DNA of 64,000 nt from Histomonas meleagridis 2922-C6/04-290x. Taxonomy: Eukaryota > Protista > Parabasalia. Shown piece after piece: positions 34,721 through 44,608 of this stretch; position 1 is the first letter of the stretch, and each line of letters starts with the position of its first letter. The stretch is from positions 62,001-126,000 of the forward strand of contig JAANOX010000279.1 of assembly GCA_020184695.1 (NCBI GenBank). Direction: 5' to 3'. A model generated the notes under the pieces. It was not told where the DNA came from and ran no database searches. It saw nothing but the letters and a program-made list of their open reading frames with translations. The position numbers were made by a program, and so were the translations under genes.

Positions 34721-35878
34721 TTATTTCTGTTTGAAATATTTTCGTTCGAAACTACTCATTATTTGAGGAGTATTTCCACGTAAATGACTTGCTGGTATAG
34801 TGTCTTTATATAATTTTTCACCAGGAACTTTAAATAATACAGTATATTTATTATTAGCTTTATCATAATTAAGAATTTTAATAATTTTACCATTCCACTT
34901 ACCAGTTATAGTATTCGCATACTTGGGTTTATGATGATAATTATCTACAACAATTAATCGATATCGTGGTTTAGTTATAACAGTTCCATCTCTAGCAATT
35001 AATGTTTACATATGTCCTTTTCTGTTATCTATTTTATACATCTCTCTACTAATTTGTGAATGTTTTTTGTGAATACCGTCATGTCGTGGCAATATATATC
35101 TTACATAATAACCTACTGGAATAATTAAATCTTTAATTCGTTGTTGTTTTTTCGCTAATTCTAAGTACTTAAATATATATTCTTTTTCCAGATCTTTATT
35201 ATTAAACATTTTACTTGGAGAACAACCTATAGCAGAATGATAACTATTATTATATATGTTTATAAATTTATTCATCCTTTTTGGTGTTATATAAGTATAT
35301 TTTTCATCATGAGATTGATGTTTAGATTTCTCATTTGGAGTATTCATATCATGTAATGTTCTTATAAATCTATCAATAATACCTAAACTACTATGATTTT
35401 TATCTGTAATAATATGCATACTAACATTATTATCTGTTAATAATTTTACGTTATTTTTATCTAAAAAATTAAATTCTTTATCAGATGTTAATTTCACAGG
35501 ATGATATTTATAAATAAATTGTTATAATGTGTAGTTAATATCTTTAGCAGATTTACTTTGTAAAGTATATACAACAACATATCTATTATTAGTTCCAATA
35601 AATATATGCCAATAACGTGGATTATGCTTACCATTATAATATAAATCATGGAACCAAGTATTAGGTCTGTTACTAAATATTTTTATCATATATGGTTTAG
35701 TATCCTTTTCTTTAATAAACTTATCTTTTAAACGTTTATTTACAATATTTTTAATAATTTCATCTTTAACATGGTGTTTGCTTTTAACGTGTTTTTTCAC
35801 ATGATTATATGTTTCAAAATGTGTTTTATCAATAGTATCATTTACAGATGTTTCCAAGGTCTTTATACCTGCTGACAT
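34721..35878 (-). pseudogene. Retroviral-type (rve) integrase of the Polinton/Maverick kind, single frame with two premature TAA stops (35522-24 and 35006-08)
   Basis: ORFs 35522-35878 and 35006-35497 and the downstream frame to the TAA at 34721 are all in one frame (about 385 codons). Motifs are WFHDL, RYVVVYTLQSK, LTSDKE, LGIIDRFIRTL and YNNSYHSAIGCSP, with a chromo-like C-terminus (IIKILNY...YTVLF). Confidence 0.75.
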
Positions 35879-35930
35879 CGTTTTATTTCACTTATTTTAT
35901 AATATATAATAGTTATTTTTCAATAATTAT

Positions 35931-36368
35931 ATGGGATTAGGTAATATATTTGGGGGAATTAGAAAATTAGTTAAAGGAGGCGGTCGTTTAGTTAAAAATA
36001 TTATTGATAAAGGCAAACAAATATGGGGTAAATTATCACCTATAATAAATAAAGGTGGTAAAATTATTAGTAAAATACCTGGTGCAATACAAACGATTAG
36101 AAATAAAAAGGATAAGATAACAGGTCGGATTGATCAAATAGTTGATATGGTTCCAGATGGCAAATTAAAGGATAAGATTAGAGGCGCTGTTGACAGAGGC
36201 AAACAAATAACAGATAGAGTGATTAATAGAGTACAACATGTTAGTGATCAAGTACAATATTACATAAATGCTGGAAATAATATATATAATAAATTAAATC
36301 AAAACAAACCAGCAGTCGTTCAAAAACCTCCTAATCAAATAAATATGTCAAACGCAAGATTATTATGA
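35931..36368 (+). CDS. Small basic protein with N-terminal MG and amphipathic Gly/Lys-rich helix; probably belongs to the integrase-bearing element
   Basis: Intact 145-aa ORF beginning MGLGNIFGGIRKLVKGGGRLVKNIIDKGKQIWGKL, transcribed divergently from the integrase with only 52 bp between the starts. Confidence 0.6.
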   Translation: MGLGNIFGGIRKLVKGGGRLVKNIIDKGKQIWGKLSPIINKGGKIISKIPGAIQTIRNKKDKITGRIDQIVDMVPDGKLKDKIRGAVDRGKQITDRVINRVQHVSDQVQYYINAGNNIYNKLNQNKPAVVQKPPNQINMSNARLL

Positions 36369-36396
36369 ATAAATAATGATTTTTTTCATTACATAA

Positions 36397-36750
36397 ATGA
36401 CTGAGACAGAAATTGAAAATAATACTGATAATAATACTGATGATAACACAATAATTGAGAAAAAACCTATCAAGAATTTAACTAATGAAGAAAAAGACAT
36501 TATAATTAATAATGCAAAAAATAATATTGATAATAAGTATTATGTTGTAATATTTTATAAATATGGTAATTCAAGAATAGTATTAAAGATAGATATTAAT
36601 AAAAATAAGGCGTCAAAAGATATTAACAGTGCTGAAAATAAACCATAAAAAAAGAAATCCATAACAACCTTATCTGACAATCAATTTTTAATAGAACATA
36701 TGTTAAAATTGAATTCTCGTATTGAAAAATTAAAGAATAAACAAAATTAA
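36397..36750 (+). pseudogene. Small element-associated ORF with an in-frame TAA at 36646-48
   Basis: The 83-aa ORF continues in frame after the TAA as KKKSITTLSDNQFLIEHMLKLNSRIEKLKNKQN*. It starts 28 bp after the previous ORF. Confidence 0.4.
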
Positions 36751-37148
36751 ATCACAGATATAAAAAAATGAAGTGTGATATTTATGTATATATTGACGAA
36801 AAAATATTGATAATGAAACAAATAATTTTTGATTGATTTTTAGTATACAATAAAAGAAAAAGTTATAGGGTACCCCAATGATTTTGTGAAATTAATGATC
36901 ATTTATATGGAAAAGCCAAAATATAATAAGCTCAATGACATGCCAACTAAATGTCTCTCTTTTTTCTCGTTTTTTCAGATATTGATAAAAAGTTTTCTGT
37001 TTGTTTAATGAGCGATACAGGATTATAACCTTTATCTGAAATACGTTATTTGGTGCTGCACACGTTTTCTCATGATGAGTAATAACATTTTTATTTTATC
37101 TAAAAATTTTAAAAAACAAAATGGAAACTGATAATATTAGATATCTGT

Positions 37149-37748
37149 TTAACAACAAGACGATGATCCACTATCGTTTTCGAAGTATATCTTTACAGAT
37201 TGTGATTTTTCATCAGGTTGACTCATTTTTTGCTTGAAAATTGTTTCGATCAAATACATGAAAACATCAACTATTCCTTCACCAGATTTTGCAGATGTTT
37301 CAAAGTATGGAATTTGATATGTCTTTGCTTGTTCAATCCCTTCTTCTCTCGATACTTCTCTTTCTTTTAAGTCAATTTTATTTCCCACTAAAACGACAAT
37401 TACCTTATCATCTGAGGTCTCTTTTATGGAGTCCATCCATTTCTTAGTCCGTTCAAAAGTAACGCGATTAGAAACATCGAAAATAAGTAAAATCCCATGA
37501 GCACCTCGAAAATAAGATTTTGTAATGGAGTGAAATTGTTCCTGGCCTGCCGTATCCCAAACTTGTACTTTTATTTTGTGGTGATTCAATTCTAAAATTT
37601 TGATTTTAAAATCAGCGCCAACAGTTGACATAAATGCTTCGGAAAAAGTACCTTCAGTATACCTTTTCACGATGCAGCTTTTACCAACTGTTGATTCACC
37701 AATTATAATCAACTTTTGGATCATTTCGGCCATTTCTTCGTGAGTCAT
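37149..37748 (-). CDS. Rab-family small GTPase
   Basis: GESTVGKS, WDTAGQE, YFRGAHG, GNKID, ETSAK and C-terminal CC prenylation motif. Confidence 0.93.
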   Translation of the reverse strand: MTHEEMAEMIQKLIIIGESTVGKSCIVKRYTEGTFSEAFMSTVGADFKIKILELNHHKIKVQVWDTAGQEQFHSITKSYFRGAHGILLIFDVSNRVTFERTKKWMDSIKETSDDKVIVVLVGNKIDLKEREVSREEGIEQAKTYQIPYFETSAKSGEGIVDVFMYLIETIFKQKMSQPDEKSQSVKIYFENDSGSSSCC

Positions 37749-38115
37749 TTTTTGGATTGAAATGTGATGTGAAAAATCCCAAAATCAAGTCTTTGTCCAC
37801 CAGAAATCACACCGATCAGCGTTATGTATAGTTCAACACATTCCACCTAAAAAACGTAAATCTTAAATTAAGTTCAAAATTAGAAGTTTATAAAAAATTA
37901 ATCAATCTTAAATTTATTAATATTAATTTGTAATATTTTAGTTGATTCTACTTATCTCCTTTGCTTTAAGGTCGTAAAGCTACTTACTACTTAAAAAAAA
38001 GAAAAAACATATAACTTGAATTTTCAAATATTTTTTAACATTCAAAAAAGAATAAAGGAAGAAGAAAAAATGTTTTCCAAGCTAGGTTTATGTGATATGG
38101 AAATTTTGGTTGGAT

Positions 38116-38748
38116 TTAACATAAGTTCAAATTATCTTCCGAGCAAATTTCAGAAATAGTTTCACCTTCGCGCAACAACTTGGCCAAGCGCTCGCCTCCC
38201 ATTGCAGATGCTGCTTGACAGAATGGCATTAAGTTAACATTTGTTGTGCATGCTTGTTGAATCATTTGACTGAGTTGAGCGTTGTCCATAATTCCATCAA
38301 AGCTATTGACGAACATTGAAACATACTTTGTGATTGTCTTGCATCTTTGGCAAGAGTCGGAAAAGTCGGATTTTGGATCAAATCTTGATGAAAATCTGCA
38401 GTTATTAATGCAACGTTCTTGGTGGAGAGGATCGCTGATATCAGAGCATTCAAGAATGCAAGCTTGAGCATTTTCGGAAGAATGGGCTAAATCTGTACAT
38501 CCTGAGATACACTTTTGCCTTTGTGTAGAACGATATTTTGTACAATTTATGATGCATTTTGGAAATGGAGCTTGAACAGTTTGTTGAATTGGTGTTAATT
38601 TAGACATTTTGCATCGAAGAAATTGAGCGAGTGTTTGTGGTGATTGACATTCATCTTCGAGGTCGCCTTCTTGATCCCAGTGTTCGTCGTCTGCTATTAA
38701 ATCGTAATTACGGTAACAAAGGGAAAAGCCAAAAAGTAAAAGAAACAT
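38116..38748 (-). CDS. Secreted saposin-like (SAPLIP) protein with Cys-rich middle region
   Basis: Signal peptide, three CxxxC segments and a C-terminal six-Cys saposin-B pattern (CQRC...C...C...C...C). Confidence 0.75.
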   Translation of the reverse strand: MFLLLFGFSLCYRNYDLIADDEHWDQEGDLEDECQSPQTLAQFLRCKMSKLTPIQQTVQAPFPKCIINCTKYRSTQRQKCISGCTDLAHSSENAQACILECSDISDPLHQERCINNCRFSSRFDPKSDFSDSCQRCKTITKYVSMFVNSFDGIMDNAQLSQMIQQACTTNVNLMPFCQAASAMGGERLAKLLREGETISEICSEDNLNLC

Positions 38749-39438
38749 TTTCTGTCAAATTGACATTAAACGATCAAAATATTCTTAAAAAAACGCGTTT
38801 TGGGTACACCAAAAGTGTCGTGCAAAATCTTAATCGGAAACGTTAGATTGTCACTTTTTTGAATGAAACCACAAACAAATGTTGTTCACTGTTCATTTTA
38901 ATTTTTGGTAAATTTACTTTCTTTATTTTTGTTTAAAGTTAAATAGTTTTTAATGTCGTTCATCGTTTTGACATATACTTACATAACTCAGATTTATTTA
39001 CTTAATTATCCAGAATATGAAGAAAAATATTAAACATTTTTCCGTGTTGTCTTATGGATTCTTTGGATATAATGTTATATCAGCTTTTTTTTAATGGAAT
39101 GAAACAATATATTTTCTTGCCATTAAGCATTCATTATTAATTTTTTCGAAATAGACTTTTGTATTGAAAAATATTTTTCAAATTTTTATTGTTCCTCCCA
39201 TTTTTCGATAAGAACTTTATCACTGTTACTTTTTTTGCATAAAAACAGGTATTGTTATAAGAATAATTTAGAAAAACAATTAAAAACTCACAGATTTAAG
39301 TTCTAATTATTTTATTCATCTTAATTAATGCGATTATAATCTAATTTTCATATAATAAAAGTAATTAATTTTATAATGTTTATATTAAAAAAAATCACAT
39401 ATAAAAATAAAACTAAATGATGTTTTAATGACTGGTCA

Positions 39439-40530
39439 CTAATTCAGGTATTCCTGATTTATTGGATAATATTGGCTATTAGTATCTTTGCATATTAAGG
39501 AATTGATGTATTGCCCGATTGAAAATGAATGTTTTTCTTCATTCCAAATGGCTGCTTTAATTACATTAACATATTTAAATTTGTTTTGATTGGATTGGAT
39601 ATTTTTCATTTTTTCAAAATGAATATCAGTAATAAGCTCACTCGCATTTTCAATCAAAGGATTTTTTAGAAGTTCATTGACTGAAAGTCTTTTTTCAGGC
39701 CTTTTATTCAACATAGATTCTAGCAGTTCTTTAATTCCATCTTGCAAACAAAACGGAATATTGATTTTTGTGTTTTTAACATTATAAATAATTTCAAAAA
39801 TATTTTGTCCTGTAAATGGAAGTGAATGGAATAACATCTGATAAAATGTTATTCCAAGAGACCATACATCTGTTTTCTTATAATCTATTTCGTCATCATC
39901 AAGTGATTCTGGTGCTTGATATGCAGGCGAACCGAAAGTTTTGGAATCTTTTTTGACTGAATGTGCTATACCAAAATCACATAAAAGAGCCCTTCCATTT
40001 TTTGAAATTAGTATGTTGCTAGGCTTAATATCTTGATGAACATAACCATTTTTATGTATATAATCTAATGCTAATAATATCTGCTTGATAATTGATAAAA
40101 TGTTGTTGGTTGAAAGATGTTGATTTGAACTAATAACATCTTCTAAACTTTTGTTTTCAGCATAATCTAAAACTAAATATAAATTATTGTTAACCTGATC
40201 AAGCAATGCTTGATGAAGTTTGATAATGTTTTTATGATTAAGAGAATTTAATAATTTGATTTCGTTCTCAAACTGTGCATTTACTTTTATAGTTTTGGAT
40301 AAAGAACTATGTTTTGTACATTTGATTGCATAATATTTCTGTGACTCTATATCTGTTGCAAGATAGACTTTGGAATAAGATCCTTCTCCAATTTTTTTGA
40401 TGATCATATAATTATTAATCTCTGTTCCTTTAACCTTTTGATGTCTTTCAACTTCAATGTTTTCCAACATACCAAACATGAAAATAGCTTTTATGATTTC
40501 TGAATTGTTCTTGGTGAAGTAATCATTCAT
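39439..40530 (-). CDS. Ser/Thr protein kinase (CAMK-like, non-RD)
   Basis: IGEGSYSKV, AIK, HQDIKPSN, DFG, GSPAYQAPE and DVWSLG motifs. Confidence 0.92.
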   Translation of the reverse strand: MNDYFTKNNSEIIKAIFMFGMLENIEVERHQKVKGTEINNYMIIKKIGEGSYSKVYLATDIESQKYYAIKCTKHSSLSKTIKVNAQFENEIKLLNSLNHKNIIKLHQALLDQVNNNLYLVLDYAENKSLEDVISSNQHLSTNNILSIIKQILLALDYIHKNGYVHQDIKPSNILISKNGRALLCDFGIAHSVKKDSKTFGSPAYQAPESLDDDEIDYKKTDVWSLGITFYQMLFHSLPFTGQNIFEIIYNVKNTKINIPFCLQDGIKELLESMLNKRPEKRLSVNELLKNPLIENASELITDIHFEKMKNIQSNQNKFKYVNVIKAAIWNEEKHSFSIGQYINSLICKDTNSQYYPINQEYLN

Positions 40531-40961
40531 TCATTCAAATTTCAATAATATTGTGGTTATTATAAAGAAAAAGTTTAAGGGAGATCACATTTTATGAGGG
40601 AATTCTGTGTAATTTGAATGATATAACCATTACAGTATAAAATTTCAACCAGAGGACATAAAATTAGAACCAATTCAAATTTTACTCTGTCTAAAATTTT
40701 GGAATGAATATCTTTTTATATACAATATGGCATCCATATAACTTTTCGTAAGAAATAATCCATCGAACAACTGAAATGATATTCTAAATATTTTTTTACA
40801 GTACTTAAGAATAAGTAATGCAAATCATCACTTCTTAATTAAATATTTTTAAAAATATTGATAATATTTAAAGTAATTTCATATCAAACTAAAAATTTTT
40901 GGTACATTTGAAACATTTGTTTTTCAGTGAAAGATCAATTTTTTTAAAAATACAAATTCTT

Positions 40962-42502
40962 TTATTTACTTATTCCGGTTGCTTCATTAATACCACTCAT
41001 ATCATAAGCTGTGAAGAATTGCTTCAGCATCTTCACTCTCGGCGTTGGCTTTCTTGCCTTACATGCCTTATAAATTAGGCCGAACAGAATGAATGCGAAG
41101 AATACGTAAACGCCGTACTGCCACACGTACTTAATTCCAATTAAAGTTTGTGTTTGGATACCATATATCATATCCAACGAAGACAGTCTCGTGTACACAG
41201 AGAAATTCATACAAGAAAACAATGCCACACCGAAAGAAGCGAACAAAATCACAATCGAATTAAACAGCAAAGAAGTCATTGGCGTGTTTTGGACTTCCAT
41301 CGGATGAATTCTCATGATAAATATGTTCAATCCAATAGAAGTAGTACCATCAATCACACACCAATATAAATAATAGACAAATAAACCAAAAAAGACAACC
41401 GCCGCATATGGAAATGCATTATCTAATGCATTGAAAAATACATTAAGGAACGGATGTACATCGCAAATGTAATATATTATGATATGAATGACCCAAACAA
41501 TAGAAAATATGATCGCAATGATTCCTAAGAATAATGATACCCATGGCCAGATGGGATTGCCACCGCGAAATCGATAAGCAATCTCAACCTGTTTGTACGT
41601 TTCTTCTAATGCTTCGACTTGTTGCTCAAATTTGGTATATCGAGTTCTGACACTTTTGTGATTGCGGCCAAGAGCTAAGACGTCTTCACGTAATGCTTGT
41701 CCTTCTTCAAGTAGATCATTAGCCCATCGATTTACTGATAGTTTGGCCTTGCTATAGACTTGAAGTGAAATTGGTCGTGGTCGATATACAAAATTTTCTA
41801 TCAGCCCAAAAGGAAGAGTTATGACTCCAAACCCTCCTAGAATGATTAAAAAGAGATATCCAATGAATCCAAGTAATGATACAAAATATGTGATGGCCGA
41901 TGGAGTAATTGTCCAATTTTTAGATGCTTGCACTGGGGTTAGTTGTTCGTATATGTGCTAGGCTTTGTGAAAAACCTGGCACGGAAAAACATACTGCAAT
42001 TTGTACATGCACCATCCAAGGAATTTGGATCGGTGGAGGTGGTGGTGGTGTGAACTTCAATGGGAATTTCACAGCGACCAACAGCAAACCATAAAATAAG
42101 GAATAGAATTACAAGGAATAGAATAAATGGAATGAGTTCTAATAAAGCTTTGCAAACTGGATGCTTTTTCTTGCCAAGTTCTTCTTCTTCATCTTTATTT
42201 TCATAGTAAAACATTGCAAATGGACATACTATAAAGGCAAGAACAAGTGATGCTATGGTAAATACCCAGCACATAATATCAATACGAAGTGTGTTTCCAG
42301 ATGATCGATTAATAGCGTCAAGTGGTAAAAGAAGAACATTCATGGAAGCTACACCTAATGCAAGTGTTACAACAATTTTGGGGAACCAAGAATTCCATTT
42401 GTCTTCGGGATGCTGGAACCTAATAACCATATAGAAGCCTGCTGCTAAGCAGAGACCTGTGAAAACAATGCAAATAATGCATAAAAAGATATCGAAAGCC
42501 AT
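40962..42502 (-). CDS. LMBR1-domain multi-pass membrane protein; two exons (42502-41995 and 41932-40962), 492 aa
   Basis: N-terminal QHPED..VLLLPLD, GGFGVITLP and HPMEVQNTPMTSLLFN are LMBR1-family segments. Removing the 62-nt intron joins ORFs 41939-42502 and 40962-41933 in frame (508+971=1479 nt). Confidence 0.88.
41933..41994 (-). other. Canonical spliceosomal intron, 62 nt
   Basis: 5' end GTATGT; 3' end ACTAACCCCAG with the branch site fused to the acceptor, as in trichomonad introns. Removal restores the frame. Confidence 0.9.
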
Positions 42503-42834
42503 TTTAGTTTTTAACCTTTTGTGAAGAAATAACGGTTTAATTAGAAATTTGGCGGTTTCTTCTCACCGAAATTATTTTGGTTTCCAAGAAATTCTCATCT
42601 TTAAAGATTTACAGCACTATGTTTGTTTTGGGAAATTGAAAAAAAGAACGTATGATATAAACATCATTAAAATTTTCCATTTTTCTGATCTTCTCATTCC
42701 ATTAGTAGTACCAATTAACGTGCAACAAATTATTCTTTATCGGAAAACGGTTATGCTCAAAAAAATTTACAATCATAGAAAATGCAGTTCAATTAAAATA
42801 AACCTTTTAATGGAATCTGGCCAAATAAGTGCAA

Positions 42835-43878
42835 ATGTTCTCTGCACTATTTTGCATTTGTTCTTCATATAAATTTGGAAAAAATGTCATCCAACTTACT
42901 TCAAATAATTTTCATTCAGAAGTTGAAAAGCGTGATAATAAAACTGTTTATTTTGTAATGTTCCATGGAACATATTGTCCAGCTTGCCAAGCATCTTATC
43001 CACAATTTGATGCAGCTGCCAATGATGCAGCTGGCATGATTAAATTTGGTGAAGTTAATACAAACCAGCAATATAGCATAGCAAATCAATTTCATATCAC
43101 TTCTATCCCAACATTTATCATCTTCCATCCAAAAGGTCAAATGAACTACATGAGAGACAGGTCTGCACGTTCTATGTTAAATACTGCTACACGTCTTATT
43201 CCTAATCTTGCTGAAAAAGTTGATGATGAATGGCTTCCACAAGAAGACACTCGTGAAGTTATCCTCTTTTCAGACAAGGCTAAGGCGCCACCTCTTTGGT
43301 CTGGCATTAGCTGTGCTTTCAGTGGAAATAAACAAAAAATCAGAATCGGTTTCTCAAATAATCGAACCATCCACGAGAAGTTCAATATCACGTTAACTCC
43401 AACCATTCTTATGATAGATGGAGACAATCAAGTTGTATATGAAGGTCGAAATAAATTTGATCAAATCAAGAAAACAATCAGAGATTTCTTCAATGGAATA
43501 ATGCCAACACCAAAACCTACTCCAGTACCAACTCCAGCTCCACTTCTCGTACATAATCTTACCTCAATTGAAGTTTTCAATTCTAACTGTAAAGGTAAAA
43601 GAATCTTTTGCGTTTTGGAGGGATCTGACTTAGCTTCAGAAGAGTTCACTAACGCATCTAAGAAGTATCGCCATGATCCGTTCAGGTTTTATATTTGTGG
43701 CAAAAATTGCCCAATCGAATTTGCCAAAGAGAACACTTGGATTCTCCACCACAAACGCGATGCCGCAATTAAAATAACAGAAAAAGGTACACTGGAATCA
43801 TTCCTTGATCATGTTCTTGATGGAGGTGCTAAGTTCGAATTGATTGACAAATTAAAACAAACATCATCGGAATTATAG
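42835..43878 (+). CDS. Thioredoxin-domain ER protein (PDI-like)
   Basis: Signal peptide from ATG 42835 (MFSALF), active site YCPAC, IPTF and C-terminal SSEL (ER-retention-like). Confidence 0.8.
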   Translation: MFSALFCICSSYKFGKNVIQLTSNNFHSEVEKRDNKTVYFVMFHGTYCPACQASYPQFDAAANDAAGMIKFGEVNTNQQYSIANQFHITSIPTFIIFHPKGQMNYMRDRSARSMLNTATRLIPNLAEKVDDEWLPQEDTREVILFSDKAKAPPLWSGISCAFSGNKQKIRIGFSNNRTIHEKFNITLTPTILMIDGDNQVVYEGRNKFDQIKKTIRDFFNGIMPTPKPTPVPTPAPLLVHNLTSIEVFNSNCKGKRIFCVLEGSDLASEEFTNASKKYRHDPFRFYICGKNCPIEFAKENTWILHHKRDAAIKITEKGTLESFLDHVLDGGAKFELIDKLKQTSSEL

Positions 43879-44013
43879 TAAAATATAAGCTCGAAATGAA
43901 TTTTATTGCGAATGAATCCAATTAAATATTGAACTTAAATTTGGTGAATGTTTTGACATTAAAAATTTTTGAAAAATTTTTTTAACAAGTTTTAATATTT
44001 ATTTAAACAAACA

Positions 44014-44550
44014 TCAAAAAAAATTGTTGTCAAGTGAAAGATGCTGATGAAAAGATAAGTTTCGCGGTTTTTGTGATTTCGCAGAATAATATCTTCTTTG
44101 TAAATTCATAAATAATTCATTTGGTACTCTACGGTGGTTTGTCATTTTGCTTGTAGGATGTGTGATTGGAGGAAGAGTTATTGAATGAACTTTACGATTC
44201 GAAAATAATACTTCTGTGGTTGGTTTTGGTGGCGTATACGCGATTAAATGGCTTGATATATTTGTTTGATGCTTTTTCTTAGTTTTTTTGTTTTCATGTG
44301 TTTTTAAATATTCTTTCAATTCATCTAGCTCATGACGAACCGCACTGTTGCTGGCTGAACTGTTATGTATTTGCTCAATGGTATCTTGCAATGCGTCTAA
44401 TTCAAGAATTTCAGATGGTAGATTTATACTCGATTTTTGTTTATCATTCGTTTTTGCAACAAAATCATCGCCTTTTGTTGTATTTATATTTTTTTGTATA
44501 TTGAGTGCCTTACTGATTTTATATTTATTAGGAATTGAGATAATTTTCAT
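44014..44550 (-). CDS. Hypothetical protein, 178 aa
   Basis: ATG-initiated ORF with a coiled-coil-like middle; no domain recognised. Confidence 0.5.
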   Translation of the reverse strand: MKIISIPNKYKISKALNIQKNINTTKGDDFVAKTNDKQKSSINLPSEILELDALQDTIEQIHNSSASNSAVRHELDELKEYLKTHENKKTKKKHQTNISSHLIAYTPPKPTTEVLFSNRKVHSITLPPITHPTSKMTNHRRVPNELFMNLQRRYYSAKSQKPRNLSFHQHLSLDNNFF

Positions 44551-44608
44551 TAGCTCTAAAAACGTATTAAGACACTTTTCTATCGTAACTATTTTCTTTT
44601 GGTTCTTA

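Noticed and set aside
34721-36750. TAA reassignment to an amino acid (three in-frame TAA in the element ORFs)
   Set aside because: Host genes in the window end in TAA routinely, and single-base nonsense changes in a decaying element are sufficient.
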